Positions 32,611 through 42,857 of a stretch of 64,000 nucleotides of DNA are shown one piece after another. The stretch is from positions 1 to 64,000 of the forward strand of contig JBHJHA010000021.1 of NCBI GenBank assembly GCA_050331235.1, in the 5' to 3' direction. This stretch comes from Leptolyngbyaceae cyanobacterium (GTDB lineage: Bacteria; Cyanobacteriota; Cyanobacteriia; Phormidesmidales; Phormidesmidaceae). Position numbers and translations under genes: made by a program. The notes under the pieces were generated by a model. It was given only the letters and a program-made list of their open reading frames with translations, searched no databases and was not told the DNA's origin. Position 1 is the stretch's first letter. Every line of letters starts with the position of its first letter.

Positions 32611-32869
32611 GGAAATGGGTAATTCGACGAGGATGATTGTAGCGAGTTCTCAGGGTGAACGGGAACTGACCATACATGCATACCTCTGGATGCGCTTTAG
32701 CAATTGGTTCGCTGCGGTGGTCTTGAATTCGCAGCCTAGGCTGCCTGCGATCGCTACTCGCCCGTCTGATTTCAAAATTATGGGCCTTGAACTCGCTGTT
32801 GAAGACTCCTAATCACTTAGCCTAGCTCGGTAGCATTGGCGATGAGTTTGAGGGAAGGGGTGGCGTGGT

Positions 32870-33040
32870 GTGTATCACACTGCCTGTGCATCGCACTGCC
32901 TGTGCTTTGAGAGAGGCAGAAACCGGTTTCGATAGTGTTTGAGCAGCCGTCGATTCAGGTCCCACGAGGCGCACACAGGTGCTCAATGTATGGTGACCTC
33001 TCAGCACAAAGCGCCTCAGCAAAAGCTGATATGGTTGGAA
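32870..33040 (-). ncRNA. ssrS: 6S RNA
   Basis: ORF-poor intergenic region. The minus strand ...tgtgctgagaggtcaccat...cctgaatcgacggctgc...tcgaaaccggtttctgcctctctcaaagcaca...gtgcgatgcacagg forms a rod (tgtgct-gagagg / cctctc-agcaca) and resembles cyanobacterial 6S RNAs as recalled. Ends approximate. Confidence 0.7.
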
Positions 33041-33215
33041 GAGGCTGCCTCTAGCTGAGCTATGGCGACTGAGGTGGCAGTATGGCGGTGTCTTTGGTCT
33101 GGGTGCAGGATTTGTAACTTAGGTCTAAACCCCTGGTTGAAACCGTGGACGAGCCAATGATTTTAGGACGCCGGTAGCCGCGCCCCACTGACAGCTTTGG
33201 GTCAGGAGCAAGTGA

Positions 33216-34184
33216 GTGTCATCCATTCAAACATTTTTGTATGCTCTCCATGAGCAATATCGAGGCCTAGACGAGGGACAGCTCGCTACCTATATTCCTG
33301 AATTGGCTAAGGCCGATCCAAATCAGTTTGGGATTAGCATTGCCACCCTGGATGGCCGGGTCTTTGAGGTCGGCGATACGGCGACTCCGTTTACTATCCA
33401 GTCAATTTCCAAGGTGTTTGTGTATGGTATGGCCCTAGAGGACTGGGGGCGCGATCACCTATTGGAGAAAGTAGGCGTTGAGCCCACGGGGGATCCCTTC
33501 AATTCCCTCATTCGTCTTGATGAAGCCTCCCACCGTCCGGACAATCCTATGGTGAATGCTGGAGCGATCGCGACCACCAGCTTAATTCGTGGCGAGAGCC
33601 CGACCGACCGACTCAATCGCCTCCTCAGCATGTTTCGCCGGTATGTGGGCAACGATGATGTCCATGTGGATCTGTCTACGTTTTTGTCAGAGCGAGCTAC
33701 CGGTCACCGAAATCGAGCGATCGCCCACTTGATGCTTAACTTCGGTATGATCGACGACGATATCGAAGCAGCCCTTGATCTGTACTTCCAGCAGTGTGCG
33801 GTTTTAGTCACTTGCCGCGATTTGGCCCTCATGGCAGCGGCATTGGCCAACTATGGTAAGCATCCCATCACCCACGAGCAGGTCTTAAAACCAGAATATG
33901 TCCGGGATGTCCTCAGCGTGATGTATACCTGCGGGATGTATAACTTCGCCGGAGAGTGGGCATTTCGGGTAGGCATTCCGGCCATAAGTGGCGTTTCGGG
34001 GGGAGTGATTGCAGTCATTCCCAACCAGGCGGGTATTGCCGTCTTTTCACCGCGGCTAGACAGCAATGGTAATAGCGTTCGTGGTGTCCAAGTTTTTGAA
34101 GCCCTCTCACAACAATATGGCTTCCACCTCTTTGACCTATCGATGGGCCACTGTCGTTTTCAAAAGAGCCTAGAGCTGCCCTGA
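33216..34184 (+). CDS. glsA: Glutaminase A
   Basis: [37 protein letters not shown] and GMYNFAG motifs. Confidence 0.93.
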   Translation: MSSIQTFLYALHEQYRGLDEGQLATYIPELAKADPNQFGISIATLDGRVFEVGDTATPFTIQSISKVFVYGMALEDWGRDHLLEKVGVEPTGDPFNSLIRLDEASHRPDNPMVNAGAIATTSLIRGESPTDRLNRLLSMFRRYVGNDDVHVDLSTFLSERATGHRNRAIAHLMLNFGMIDDDIEAALDLYFQQCAVLVTCRDLALMAAALANYGKHPITHEQVLKPEYVRDVLSVMYTCGMYNFAGEWAFRVGIPAISGVSGGVIAVIPNQAGIAVFSPRLDSNGNSVRGVQVFEALSQQYGFHLFDLSMGHCRFQKSLELP

Positions 34185-34271
34185 CAGCCACCCACCCAAT
34201 GATAGAACAGCCTCGATTCTCCACCGTTCAATGGCTAATACTCTTTCTGCGAATCACGACTACCCATAGAG

Positions 34272-34321
34272 TCTTCAAAGCCCCTTTTTCAAGGGGGCAG
34301 CGACAGCGGGGAATCTTCAAA
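34272..34321. repeat. Small cyanobacterial dispersed repeat (CCCCTT...AAGGGG type) bracketed by TCTTCAAA direct repeats
   Basis: tcttcaaa-gcccctttttcaagggggcagcgacagcggggaa-tcttcaaa. Confidence 0.45.
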
Positions 34322-34382
34322 TCAGTAGCGCTATTGCAGAGAATCGGTGTAGGCTGCATAGCTGTTGGGGAAAATTGCGCAA

Positions 34383-34411
34383 TAAAAAGGGACAAGCGCT
34401 AACTTGTCCCT
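34383..34411 (-). terminator. Terminator downstream of the hli gene
   Basis: agggacaag-cgctaa-cttgtccct with an A-run on the left. Confidence 0.6.
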
Positions 34412-34502
34412 CATATCTCTGACTGAAAGGTAAATACCTTGTCAACAGGAAGGCTGACACCTGCCAAGACCACTAGGGTCAGCCCTGATTTTGTCTTTAG
34501 AC

Positions 34503-34643
34503 TTACATCAAGCCCAACTGAGCAAGGATGCCTTGGCCAGTGATGTACTCAGTTGCAATGCCAATTACGAATCCCAGCATTGCTAGGCGACCGTTCCAGT
34601 TCTCGGCAAATTCGGTAAAGCCAAACTTAGTTTGCTCTTCCAT
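34503..34643 (-). CDS. hli: High-light-inducible protein (HLIP/SCP), 46 aa
   Basis: Manual translation MEEQTKFGFTEFAENWNGRLAMLGFVIGIATEYITGQGILAQLGLM*, with the ExxNGRxAM chlorophyll-binding motif; below the ORF-track cutoff. Confidence 0.95.
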   Translation of the reverse strand: MEEQTKFGFTEFAENWNGRLAMLGFVIGIATEYITGQGILAQLGLM

Positions 34644-34769
34644 GTGTTAAAACCTCTATTGCTTCAAGGGGGGAGAGGCTTTTTGACCTCTTGTTTACAA
34701 ATTTAAACCATTCTTCAGGGAAAGTGCAACAATTCTTCAACATATACCTCCCATGATAGAGAACGCTTG

Positions 34770-36581
34770 TTATGGCAGGGCTAGAGCCTTGCCGCCACCC
34801 CGTCTTTGGGGCTCGGCAACAGCTGTTATTAGGCCATTTGGGTTGACAAGAATGCCTGTCGCGGCCCCAATTTCGTCCGTGTAGGCCAGTTGGTGTCCCA
34901 GGGTCAATAGGGCCTCGCCGAGGTTGGTGTACTCAAATGCTCGCTCTAGGGATGTTGCCCCCGTATTGCGTTGGGAAAGCCGCGGCGCTGCGATCGCCGT
35001 CTCCAGATCCATGCCAAAGTCGATGATGTTGACGACGATGCCCAGCACCGTTGTGATGATGGTTGAGCCCCCCGGCGAACCAAAGGCCAAAACGCTACCG
35101 TCTGGGGCGATGGCGATGGTTGGGGCCATGCTGCTCCGGGGCCGCTTGCCGGGTTCAGGCACATTGGGATGAGGCGCTGTTGCGTTGAAGTCCGTCAGTT
35201 CATTGTTCAAAATAAAGCCGTAACCCGGTACAACGATCCCTGACCCACCTGTCGACTCCAGAGTCAGGGTGTATGACACAACCATGCCGTTGGCATCTAC
35301 CACAGTAATGTGGGTCGTTGAGAGACCTTCTGGGTCCACTGTTGGCGTCACGGTGGGCATGGCTGTCAGGCTGGGGCTCGGGTCTTGTTGATAGGGCAAC
35401 GGGTTGCCAGGGACTGCCCGATCAGTCGCGCCCGCCGCCGGTGCCGTTGGCGATAATTGGGCGCGACGGGCTTCTATATAGTCTGAAGACAGCAAACCCG
35501 CTAGGGGCACATCGACATATTCCGGGTCGCCTAGATAGGCATTGCGATCGCTAAACGCCAAACGCTGCGCTTCGATCAGCCAGTGCAGCGCTGTGCCCCG
35601 ATCCATTTGGCTTAGGTCTAAGCCTTCAAGTAGCGCTAGGGTTTGTGCTACGGTGACTCCGCCGCTACTGGGCAATCCCATCCCAAATAGCCGATAGCCC
35701 CGATAGGTACTTGCCAAGGCTGGTCGCACCCGCACCTGATAGCGATCAAGGTCGGCAGTAGTTAGTCGCCCTGGCCACACTTTGAAAGGGGGCGACTCGA
35801 CCACAGGGGGCTGCTGGACGGTATTGGCGATCGCTTCCGCAATTTCCCCTCGATAAAAATCGTTGATGCCAGCGGTGGCTAAACGACGGTAGGTTGCCGC
35901 CAAATAAGGATTGAGAAACAGACTTCCCACTGCCGGCACGTTGCCCCCCGGTAGGTAAAGGTCGCGGGTGCTGGTAAAGGCAGCAAACCGTTCCTGATTT
36001 TGCTCAATTTGTGCAGCAAAGGTCGCATCGACGGTGAAGCCTGACTCTGCCAGGATGATCGCCGGTTGCAATACCTCAGCCAGCGATCGCGTGCCATACC
36101 GCTGTAGGGCTGTGACCCAGTTGAGAGGTGTACCTGGCACACCCACTGCTAAGCCGCTGGTAATCCGATTGGGGTAAAACGGCAGCAGTTCACCTGGAGA
36201 GTTTTCAGGATCCTGAAACAAATCGGGTGTGGTTGCCGCTGGGGCTACTTCGCGCCCATCTAAGGTGATGACAGCATTCTTGTCAGGGTCGTAGATCACC
36301 ATAAACCCACCGCCCCCAATACCCGCCGAAAACGGATCGGTTACCCCTACGGCGGCAGCGGTGGCGATCGCTGCATCCACGGCATTGCCCCCCGAGCGCA
36401 ATACTCCCAAGCCGATTTGCGTAGCCTGCTCATCGACGCTAGCGACTGCGCCCCCGGTGCCCATAGCCACATGGGGAGGTGACGACGAAGAAACTGCTCT
36501 CGGCCAACTAATGCTTGCCCAAAGGCAAGTCGGGAGCACTATCCAAATCAACCAGCTTTTGAACCTAAAACGCCAATTCAA
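34770..36581 (-). CDS. ggt: Gamma-glutamyltransferase
   Basis: GGNAVDAAIA, GIGGGGF, catalytic TTH, LNNELTDF and KRPRSSMAP motifs. Confidence 0.93.
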   Translation of the reverse strand: MNWRFRFKSWLIWIVLPTCLWASISWPRAVSSSSPPHVAMGTGGAVASVDEQATQIGLGVLRSGGNAVDAAIATAAAVGVTDPFSAGIGGGGFMVIYDPDKNAVITLDGREVAPAATTPDLFQDPENSPGELLPFYPNRITSGLAVGVPGTPLNWVTALQRYGTRSLAEVLQPAIILAESGFTVDATFAAQIEQNQERFAAFTSTRDLYLPGGNVPAVGSLFLNPYLAATYRRLATAGINDFYRGEIAEAIANTVQQPPVVESPPFKVWPGRLTTADLDRYQVRVRPALASTYRGYRLFGMGLPSSGGVTVAQTLALLEGLDLSQMDRGTALHWLIEAQRLAFSDRNAYLGDPEYVDVPLAGLLSSDYIEARRAQLSPTAPAAGATDRAVPGNPLPYQQDPSPSLTAMPTVTPTVDPEGLSTTHITVVDANGMVVSYTLTLESTGGSGIVVPGYGFILNNELTDFNATAPHPNVPEPGKRPRSSMAPTIAIAPDGSVLAFGSPGGSTIITTVLGIVVNIIDFGMDLETAIAAPRLSQRNTGATSLERAFEYTNLGEALLTLGHQLAYTDEIGAATGILVNPNGLITAVAEPQRRGGGKALALP

Positions 36582-36949
36582 AGCAGTGATCTCCCTATGT
36601 GAATGTTGCCAAAAGCGTATCTCAGTTTAGGTATTTGATCAGAAAGGTTCAGAACAGTTTAAGAAGAAAAATCTTAAGCCATCGTGATCTCTTCTGACAT
36701 ATCTGACGATTTTCAGGTATGTCTGGACAGGACTTCACTAAGCAATAACTAACCTGCTCTTGACTGAATTGGGAGGTTCTACCAGCTGGGGCAAAATGTT
36801 CCTATCAATTTTTGGCAATAATTCTGATTATTGATGATTCCCTTTGATGTCGGACCGTTATTATTGCTGAGGCACGCTTAAGCGCATCACAAGCGATAGC
36901 TGAAATGATGGTTAAAGATGCTTTTAATTTTCACGGGAGAGAATGAAAG

Positions 36950-37696
36950 ATGCCATTGAGTAAAAAGCTAATGGCCGAATTTATCGGCACGTTTTGGTTG
37001 GTATTCGGCGGCTGTGGGAGTGCCGTTTTTGCCGCCGCGGTGCTAGCGGACGACAATGTTTTTCCCCTGGGTATTGGCTTTGTCGGCGTTTCCCTGGCGT
37101 TCGGGTTGACTGTACTCACGATGGCCTACGCGGTCGGTCATATTTCCGGTGGCCACTTTAACCCCGCGGTTTCGTTTGGTCTCTGGGCTGGCGGTCGCTT
37201 CCCTAGTTCTGAACTGCTGCCCTACATCATTGCCCAGGTTGTTGGGGCGATCGTGGCAGCTGGTCTGATTTATCTCATCGCGATCGGCCAACCTGGTTTC
37301 GAGCTGACCGGTGCCAATCCCCTTGCTACCAATGGCTATGGCGAGCACTCGCCCGGCGGCTACAACCTACTTTCCTGCCTAGTAACAGAAGTTGTCCTCA
37401 CCTTTGTCTTTTTGTTTGTGATTTTGGGAGCAACGGATCGCCGCGCTCCTGCAGGGTTTGGTCCCATTGCGATCGGTATGGCCCTGACGCTAATTCACTT
37501 GATCAGCATTCCAATTACCAATACGTCTGTGAATCCTGCCCGTAGTCTAGGGCCTGCTATTTTTGCCGGGGGGGCGCTCCTCGCGCAAGTGTGGCTCTTT
37601 TGGGTCGCACCGATTTTGGGGGCCGTGCTGGCAGGGTTCGCCTATTCCAGCCTGATGGAAGAACCCGCAGCGGCTAAAACTACAATGCCTGAATAA
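36950..37696 (+). CDS. aqpZ: Aquaporin Z
   Basis: [24 protein letters not shown] and SVNPARS motifs. Confidence 0.95.
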   Translation: MPLSKKLMAEFIGTFWLVFGGCGSAVFAAAVLADDNVFPLGIGFVGVSLAFGLTVLTMAYAVGHISGGHFNPAVSFGLWAGGRFPSSELLPYIIAQVVGAIVAAGLIYLIAIGQPGFELTGANPLATNGYGEHSPGGYNLLSCLVTEVVLTFVFLFVILGATDRRAPAGFGPIAIGMALTLIHLISIPITNTSVNPARSLGPAIFAGGALLAQVWLFWVAPILGAVLAGFAYSSLMEEPAAAKTTMPE

Positions 37697-37719
37697 TTTG
37701 ACTGGATGAAGGACAGCGG

Positions 37720-37767
37720 AGGATTTCTGCTGGTTAGGTCACAATCAACCTAATCAGCAGAAATCCT
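37720..37767. terminator. 20-bp-stem hairpin downstream of aqpZ
   Basis: aggatttctgctggttaggt-N8-acctaatcagcagaaatcct. Confidence 0.7.
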
Positions 37768-37786
37768 GATCAATGATGTCAAGGAT

Positions 37787-37820
37787 ATAAAAAAGGACAG
37801 CCCAACGGGCTGCCCCTTTA
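37787..37820 (-). terminator. Terminator of rplU-rpmA
   Basis: A-run followed by cagccc-aac-gggctg. Confidence 0.6.
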
Positions 37821-37845
37821 ATCTCGATGAACCTTGATGGCTACA

Positions 37846-38112
37846 TTAAACCGAAGCAGTAGCGGGATAGACGCTGATCTTCTTACGATTTTTGCCTTTG
37901 CGTTCAAAGGTCACAATGCCATCAGCTAGAGCAAACAGGGTATCGTCGCTGCCGCGACCGACGTTGTTTCCAGGATGAAATTTGGTTCCCCGCTGACGGA
38001 CGATAATGCTACCCGCAGTCACTGATTGTCCCCCATATCGCTTGACTCCCAATCGTTTGGCATTGGAGTCGCGGCCGTTACGAGTGCTGCCTGTTCCTTT
38101 TTTGTGAGCCAT
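37846..38112 (-). CDS. rpmA: 50S ribosomal protein L27
   Basis: [24 protein letters not shown]. Confidence 0.98.
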   Translation of the reverse strand: MAHKKGTGSTRNGRDSNAKRLGVKRYGGQSVTAGSIIVRQRGTKFHPGNNVGRGSDDTLFALADGIVTFERKGKNRKKISVYPATASV

Positions 38113-38143
38113 GGTGTTCTCCAGTTAGTACGAAAAAACTTGT

Positions 38144-38821
38144 CTATTCTTCTTCGGTAGCTGTTGTGTCAGCATCTGCGGCAACCTCTGCCACAGCCGG
38201 AACACTATCGTCAGCTACAACGACAGGCTCATCGATCGCTGCGACGGCCGCCTCGGCATCGGTTGCAGTTTCAGCTAGTGGTTCTGCTGTAGTGGTCTCG
38301 ATATTTTCTGGAATGTCTTCCTCTTCAACCACTACGGTAGTGTCAACCGCAGCATCCTCATTTTGCGGGAGTTTGACCTGAGTTTCTAGATCTTCTGCCT
38401 TGCTACTTTCAGATTGTGACGATTCCGAAGGAGAGGTGGCGGAGCCAGCACTAGCGCTAGTAGTGCTAACACCAGTAGTCGTTGCCGCGCCTGCTAAAAC
38501 TTCACCATTTAAGGAGATGGCATCAATCATGAGACGGGTGAGCTCTTGCCGATGTCCGCGCTTTTTGCGAGTCTTTTTCTTCGGCTTCATCTTATAGACA
38601 ATGATTTTTTTGCCCCGCAGGTGACGCATCACTGTGCCAGAAACTGTGGCCCCCTCAACTAAGGGCTGCCCTACGAATGTTTCTCCATCGTGGGAGACAA
38701 ACAAAACTTTATCAATATTGACGTTGCCGTCCTCTTCGACCGGTAGCCGATCAAAATCGTAGAACCGACCCGGCTCTACCCGAAACTGTTTGCCGCTAGC
38801 TTCAATAATTGCGTAAGTCAT
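38144..38821 (-). CDS. rplU: 50S ribosomal protein L21 with a long acidic C-terminal extension
   Basis: [15 protein letters not shown]...[15 protein letters not shown], then about 115 aa rich in A/T/E/S/D/V. Confidence 0.95.
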   Translation of the reverse strand: MTYAIIEASGKQFRVEPGRFYDFDRLPVEEDGNVNIDKVLFVSHDGETFVGQPLVEGATVSGTVMRHLRGKKIIVYKMKPKKKTRKKRGHRQELTRLMIDAISLNGEVLAGAATTTGVSTTSASAGSATSPSESSQSESSKAEDLETQVKLPQNEDAAVDTTVVVEEEDIPENIETTTAEPLAETATDAEAAVAAIDEPVVVADDSVPAVAEVAADADTTATEEE

Positions 38822-39163
38822 TTACTTTCCTTGAGAGTGCCGTACAGGCAACAGCAAAGCCGTTTTGACATGGGCCTGATCCGAGCAACCTAATACACAC
38901 GAAATCCCATTATCCGTTATGGAAGATAGGGATGTCAACCAGTGGGTGATACTTTATGTAAGCGCGGTGGTTGTGAACTGGTAAGTCGGGTGGCGAAATT
39001 CTCCTAAGCTTCAGCGGAGCGCGGCTAGTGCCAGCGATCGCATTTTCTGTAGGAAACCTCTGTAATCCATCGAGGGGATGACGAATCTCAAACAGTTCGC
39101 AAAAATGTCCTGAATGCAGCCTCTGACACCTGTCAGAACAGACATGCTGCACAGGTATTTGTC

Positions 39164-40336
39164 ATGGCTGCTGAAGTTTGCTTGTTGTTGATGCAATCTC
39201 TCACTGGAGACTGCGATGCCCAGCCATCGGCACCGATGGTGTCGCCACCGTCGGTTACCCAATCCGAGTCTGACGACTCGACCCCGGCAGCAGTAACCGT
39301 GGACACCGCGATCGCCCCTCGCAAATCAACTACGCCCCAATTTGGCAAACTCTGTGAGGGCGACTTAGGCAACCAGCTAGCAGTGTGTGCGGTGCCCTCC
39401 AAAGCGCGGGAACATTGGCCAGCCCCACACTCAGGGGTGGACCTGGATAAGTCACGGTCAAGTGCTACTGCTGTGTCACCACCTGTACCGGTCACGGCAC
39501 CAGCGGCTCTAGATTTGCCTGCTGTGCAGCGGCCGGTAGCCACTCCCACCTTGCGCGCCCCGCAGTTCAGCGGGCCACCACCAGTTGTTGCGGCCAATCC
39601 ATTGCCATCGGCGCGGGGAGCCGATGCGGTGCTCAGGCCGCGGTCGGGGTCGGAGTTGTTTTTGCAGCGACAGTTAGCCCTGCAGTCTGGCCAGTCATAC
39701 ACCCGGTTGTCTCCCAATACGTTTGCAGACCAGTGGCAACAGGTTAGTCGCCAGCCCACCTATGAAGACTGGCAAAGATTGCTTGCCCAAGAGGCCCGGG
39801 CCATCGCCGGGGGACAAGGCAATAACCGCCTCGAAATTATTGTGGGAGATTCCTTTGGTCTCTGGCTGCCCCCAGAACTGCTACCACGCGATCGCCTCTG
39901 GCTGAATCAAAGTATCTCTGGCGATACCACCGCCGGTATCTTGCGCCGGGTGAGTGCCTTTGCCCATACGCGGGCCACTACCATTCACCTCATGGCCGGA
40001 GCCAACGACTTGAAAAATGGCGTTTCGGAAAGCCGAATCGTCGGCAATCTCCAGCAAACGATTCACCTACTCCGGCAGCAGCACCCCCAAGCGAACATCG
40101 TCGTATATTCGGTGCTGCCCACCCGCCGAGCAGAGATTAGTAACGATCGCGTGCGATCGCTCAACCACCAGCTTGCGGCTATGACCCAGCAGCGCGGCGT
40201 AGAATTCCGCAATGTGCATGGGCGCTTTCAAGATGCATGGGGGCATCTCCGGCCAGACTTAACCACTGATGGCCTGCATCTGAATGCCCAGGGTTACCGA
40301 CTGTGGCAGCAGGCCATCTTAGCGTGGGCTCAATAG
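39164..40336 (+). CDS. SGNH/GDSL hydrolase with a Pro-rich N-terminus
   Basis: VGDS, NQSISGDTT, GAND and DGLH blocks. Confidence 0.88.
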   Translation: MAAEVCLLLMQSLTGDCDAQPSAPMVSPPSVTQSESDDSTPAAVTVDTAIAPRKSTTPQFGKLCEGDLGNQLAVCAVPSKAREHWPAPHSGVDLDKSRSSATAVSPPVPVTAPAALDLPAVQRPVATPTLRAPQFSGPPPVVAANPLPSARGADAVLRPRSGSELFLQRQLALQSGQSYTRLSPNTFADQWQQVSRQPTYEDWQRLLAQEARAIAGGQGNNRLEIIVGDSFGLWLPPELLPRDRLWLNQSISGDTTAGILRRVSAFAHTRATTIHLMAGANDLKNGVSESRIVGNLQQTIHLLRQQHPQANIVVYSVLPTRRAEISNDRVRSLNHQLAAMTQQRGVEFRNVHGRFQDAWGHLRPDLTTDGLHLNAQGYRLWQQAILAWAQ

Positions 40337-40492
40337 CACCGTTGGTCAGCCATCATTGGTATCTCGCCGGGATGGAGCGACTCAGTGCGGGGGCAATTGT
40401 CCGCCCTGCAGACCTTGACTTAAGATTGAGCCAACCCGTGGATCTAAGCAGCGCTTGCCAGGGTGAATGGTTGAACAACAAGGAATGCGGGC

Positions 40493-42793
40493 ATGGTCAA
40501 CGCGATCGCCGATCGCATGGCGACGATGGCGGAAATCCGAGCCGGGTTAAGGGCAGGGCAGCGGGCCTTAGCCGATTGGTCAGGGGGGCCGCTAGCAGTG
40601 TCGGCGGTGCCTGGCGCGGGCAAGTCCACGGGAATGGCGGCGGGGGCGGCGATCGCCATTGTGCGCCATCAACTCAATGCCCGGCATCAGCTAGTGCTAG
40701 TCACCTTTACCCGATCAGCCGCAGCCAACCTCAAAGTCAAAGTGCAGCGGTACCTGCGATCGCTCCAATATCCCCTCAACAGTTTTGTGGTGTACACCCT
40801 GCACGGATTAGCGCTGACCATCGCGACGCGGAATCCTGACCTTTCGGGGATCAGTCTCGATACCCTGACGCTGCTGACCCCCACTCAAAACAATCGTCTG
40901 GTCCGGACCTGTGTCGAGCGTTGGTTAGTTGATAATCCGCACTTGTATCAGCGGCTAATTGAAGGGCGTCAGTTTGATGGCGAGGAAACGGAACGACTGC
41001 GCCGCCAGTCCACATTGCGAACGGAAATTTTGCCCCATTTGGCGACAACGGTCATTCATGAGGCCAAAAGTTCGGGGATGAAGGCGGCGCACCTCAGCCG
41101 CCTCGCCAAATCGGTCATGCGGACCCAGACCGATTTGGAGGACTATGACGTGCTCACGGTGGCGGCGGGGCTGTATGAGCAATACCAAGCCCTACTGGTA
41201 CAGCGACATGTGATTGACTATGATGACATGATCTTGGCAGCTCTTCGGGTTTTAGAAGACGATCTAACCCGGCGATTTTGGCAAGGTCGGGCTTTTGCGG
41301 TTTTTGAAGACGAAGCCCAGGATTCGTCTCCTCTGCAGACCCAGCTATAGGAGACATTGGCGGCAGATCCAGATACGCATGACTTGCCGCTCAATCTGGT
41401 CCGGGTAGGCGATCCCAACCAGGCGATCAACTCGACATTTACCCCGGCGGACCCGGTCTTTTTTAATCAGTTTTGCGATCGCGCCCAAGGACAGCAGCGC
41501 CTAGTCGTGATGAACCAAGCTGGGCGGAGCAGTGCCCTCATCATGGCCGCTGCTAATACGCTATTGACATGGGTCAACCAGTCTGGACTCACAGGCAGCC
41601 AGACTCCCTTTCGGGCGCAAACGATTCACCCGGTGCCGGCGGACGATCCGCAGCCGAACGCCAATCCGGACCCGCTGGGCGGCGGTGTGGAGTATTATCG
41701 TCCCGCTACGGTCCAGGAGACAGTGCGGCTCCTCGCGCTGCGATCGCAGGCGCTGTTTGAAACCGACCCTTCCCTGAGTCAGGCAGTCTTGGTGCGTGAG
41801 CACCGTCAGGGCCGGTTCATTCACCAGCTCTTGCAAGAGCCCGACACGCTAGGGGTCGACCTGCTCAGCACTGGCCTACAAATCTATGACGTAGGGGAGC
41901 AAGAGCGCCAAACCCATGTCCCGTCGGAGATGCTGAGGGTGCTGCAATTTATCGAGCGTCCCCATTCTCCAGATCGACTCAAAGGGGTGTTGCGAGTATT
42001 GGTGGACCGTCAAAGAGTTCCCGCCCAAGACCTGAATGCGTTAGCCCATCAGCCCGAGCGCTTTCTCTATCCGGGACCGCTAGATGAGGCCCCACCGGCA
42101 GCAGCTGAGCAGGCGCGACGGCTGTGTCTGGGGCTGCTGCGATCGCGCTTTGAGTTGCCGCCTTATCATCTGATCCCCTTTGCCGGCTTGACCTTGGGTT
42201 ATAACCAAAGCGAACTAGCCACGGCGGATAAGCTCGCGGCCCGGCTAGCCCAACAAACCCGAGAAGACAATACGCTGCGGACCATTTTGCAAGCCCTCCA
42301 AGAGATTGTCGGCACGGAGCGCTTTGAGGCAGTCGACACCGAAGACCGCGAAGACCGTTACACCCGCCCAGGGCAGCTCACGATTTTGACCATGCACAAA
42401 GCTAAAGGTTTGGATTGGGATGTCGTGTTTTTGCCGTTTTTACATGAGCGCACCATTCCCGGTAGTTTGTGGGTGCCGCCCCAGCAGACTTTTTTAGGGG
42501 ACTTTAGCTTACCCGAGGTCGCCAGGGCTCAAATTCGCACCCAAACCCACGCGGAGCATCCCTTGGACAGCGTTCCGGACTTGTTGACCGCCTGGCAGCA
42601 AGCCCAGCAGCTCAAGACAGCTGAAGAGTTTCGCCTTTTATATGTAGCCATGACCCGCGCTAGGCGGCTGTTATGGCTCGCCGCTGCCCAGACCGCGCCC
42701 TTTACCTGGAGCAACCCAGACAATTTATCGGAGCTGCCTCCCTGTCCAGCGCTACCAGTAGTGATGGCTCACTTGGCTGAGGGACACCGATAA
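40493..42793 (+). CDS. UvrD/REP-family ATP-dependent helicase interrupted by an in-frame TAG at 41348-41350
   Basis: AVPGAGKS, VTFTRSAA, DYDDMI, EDEAQDSSPLQTQL*ETLA, VGDPNQAI, TMHKAKGLDW and RLLYVAMTRA; both ORFs are in the same frame. Confidence 0.88.
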
Positions 42794-42857
42794 CTCCCGC
42801 GCTGGGTCCGCTACTCTGGGAAAAGGCTCTTGTCATCTTCATGAGGCGCTGTATCCT

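Noticed and set aside
33100..33140. NtcA site upstream of glsA
   Set aside because: GTA-N8 is followed by CTA, not TAC.
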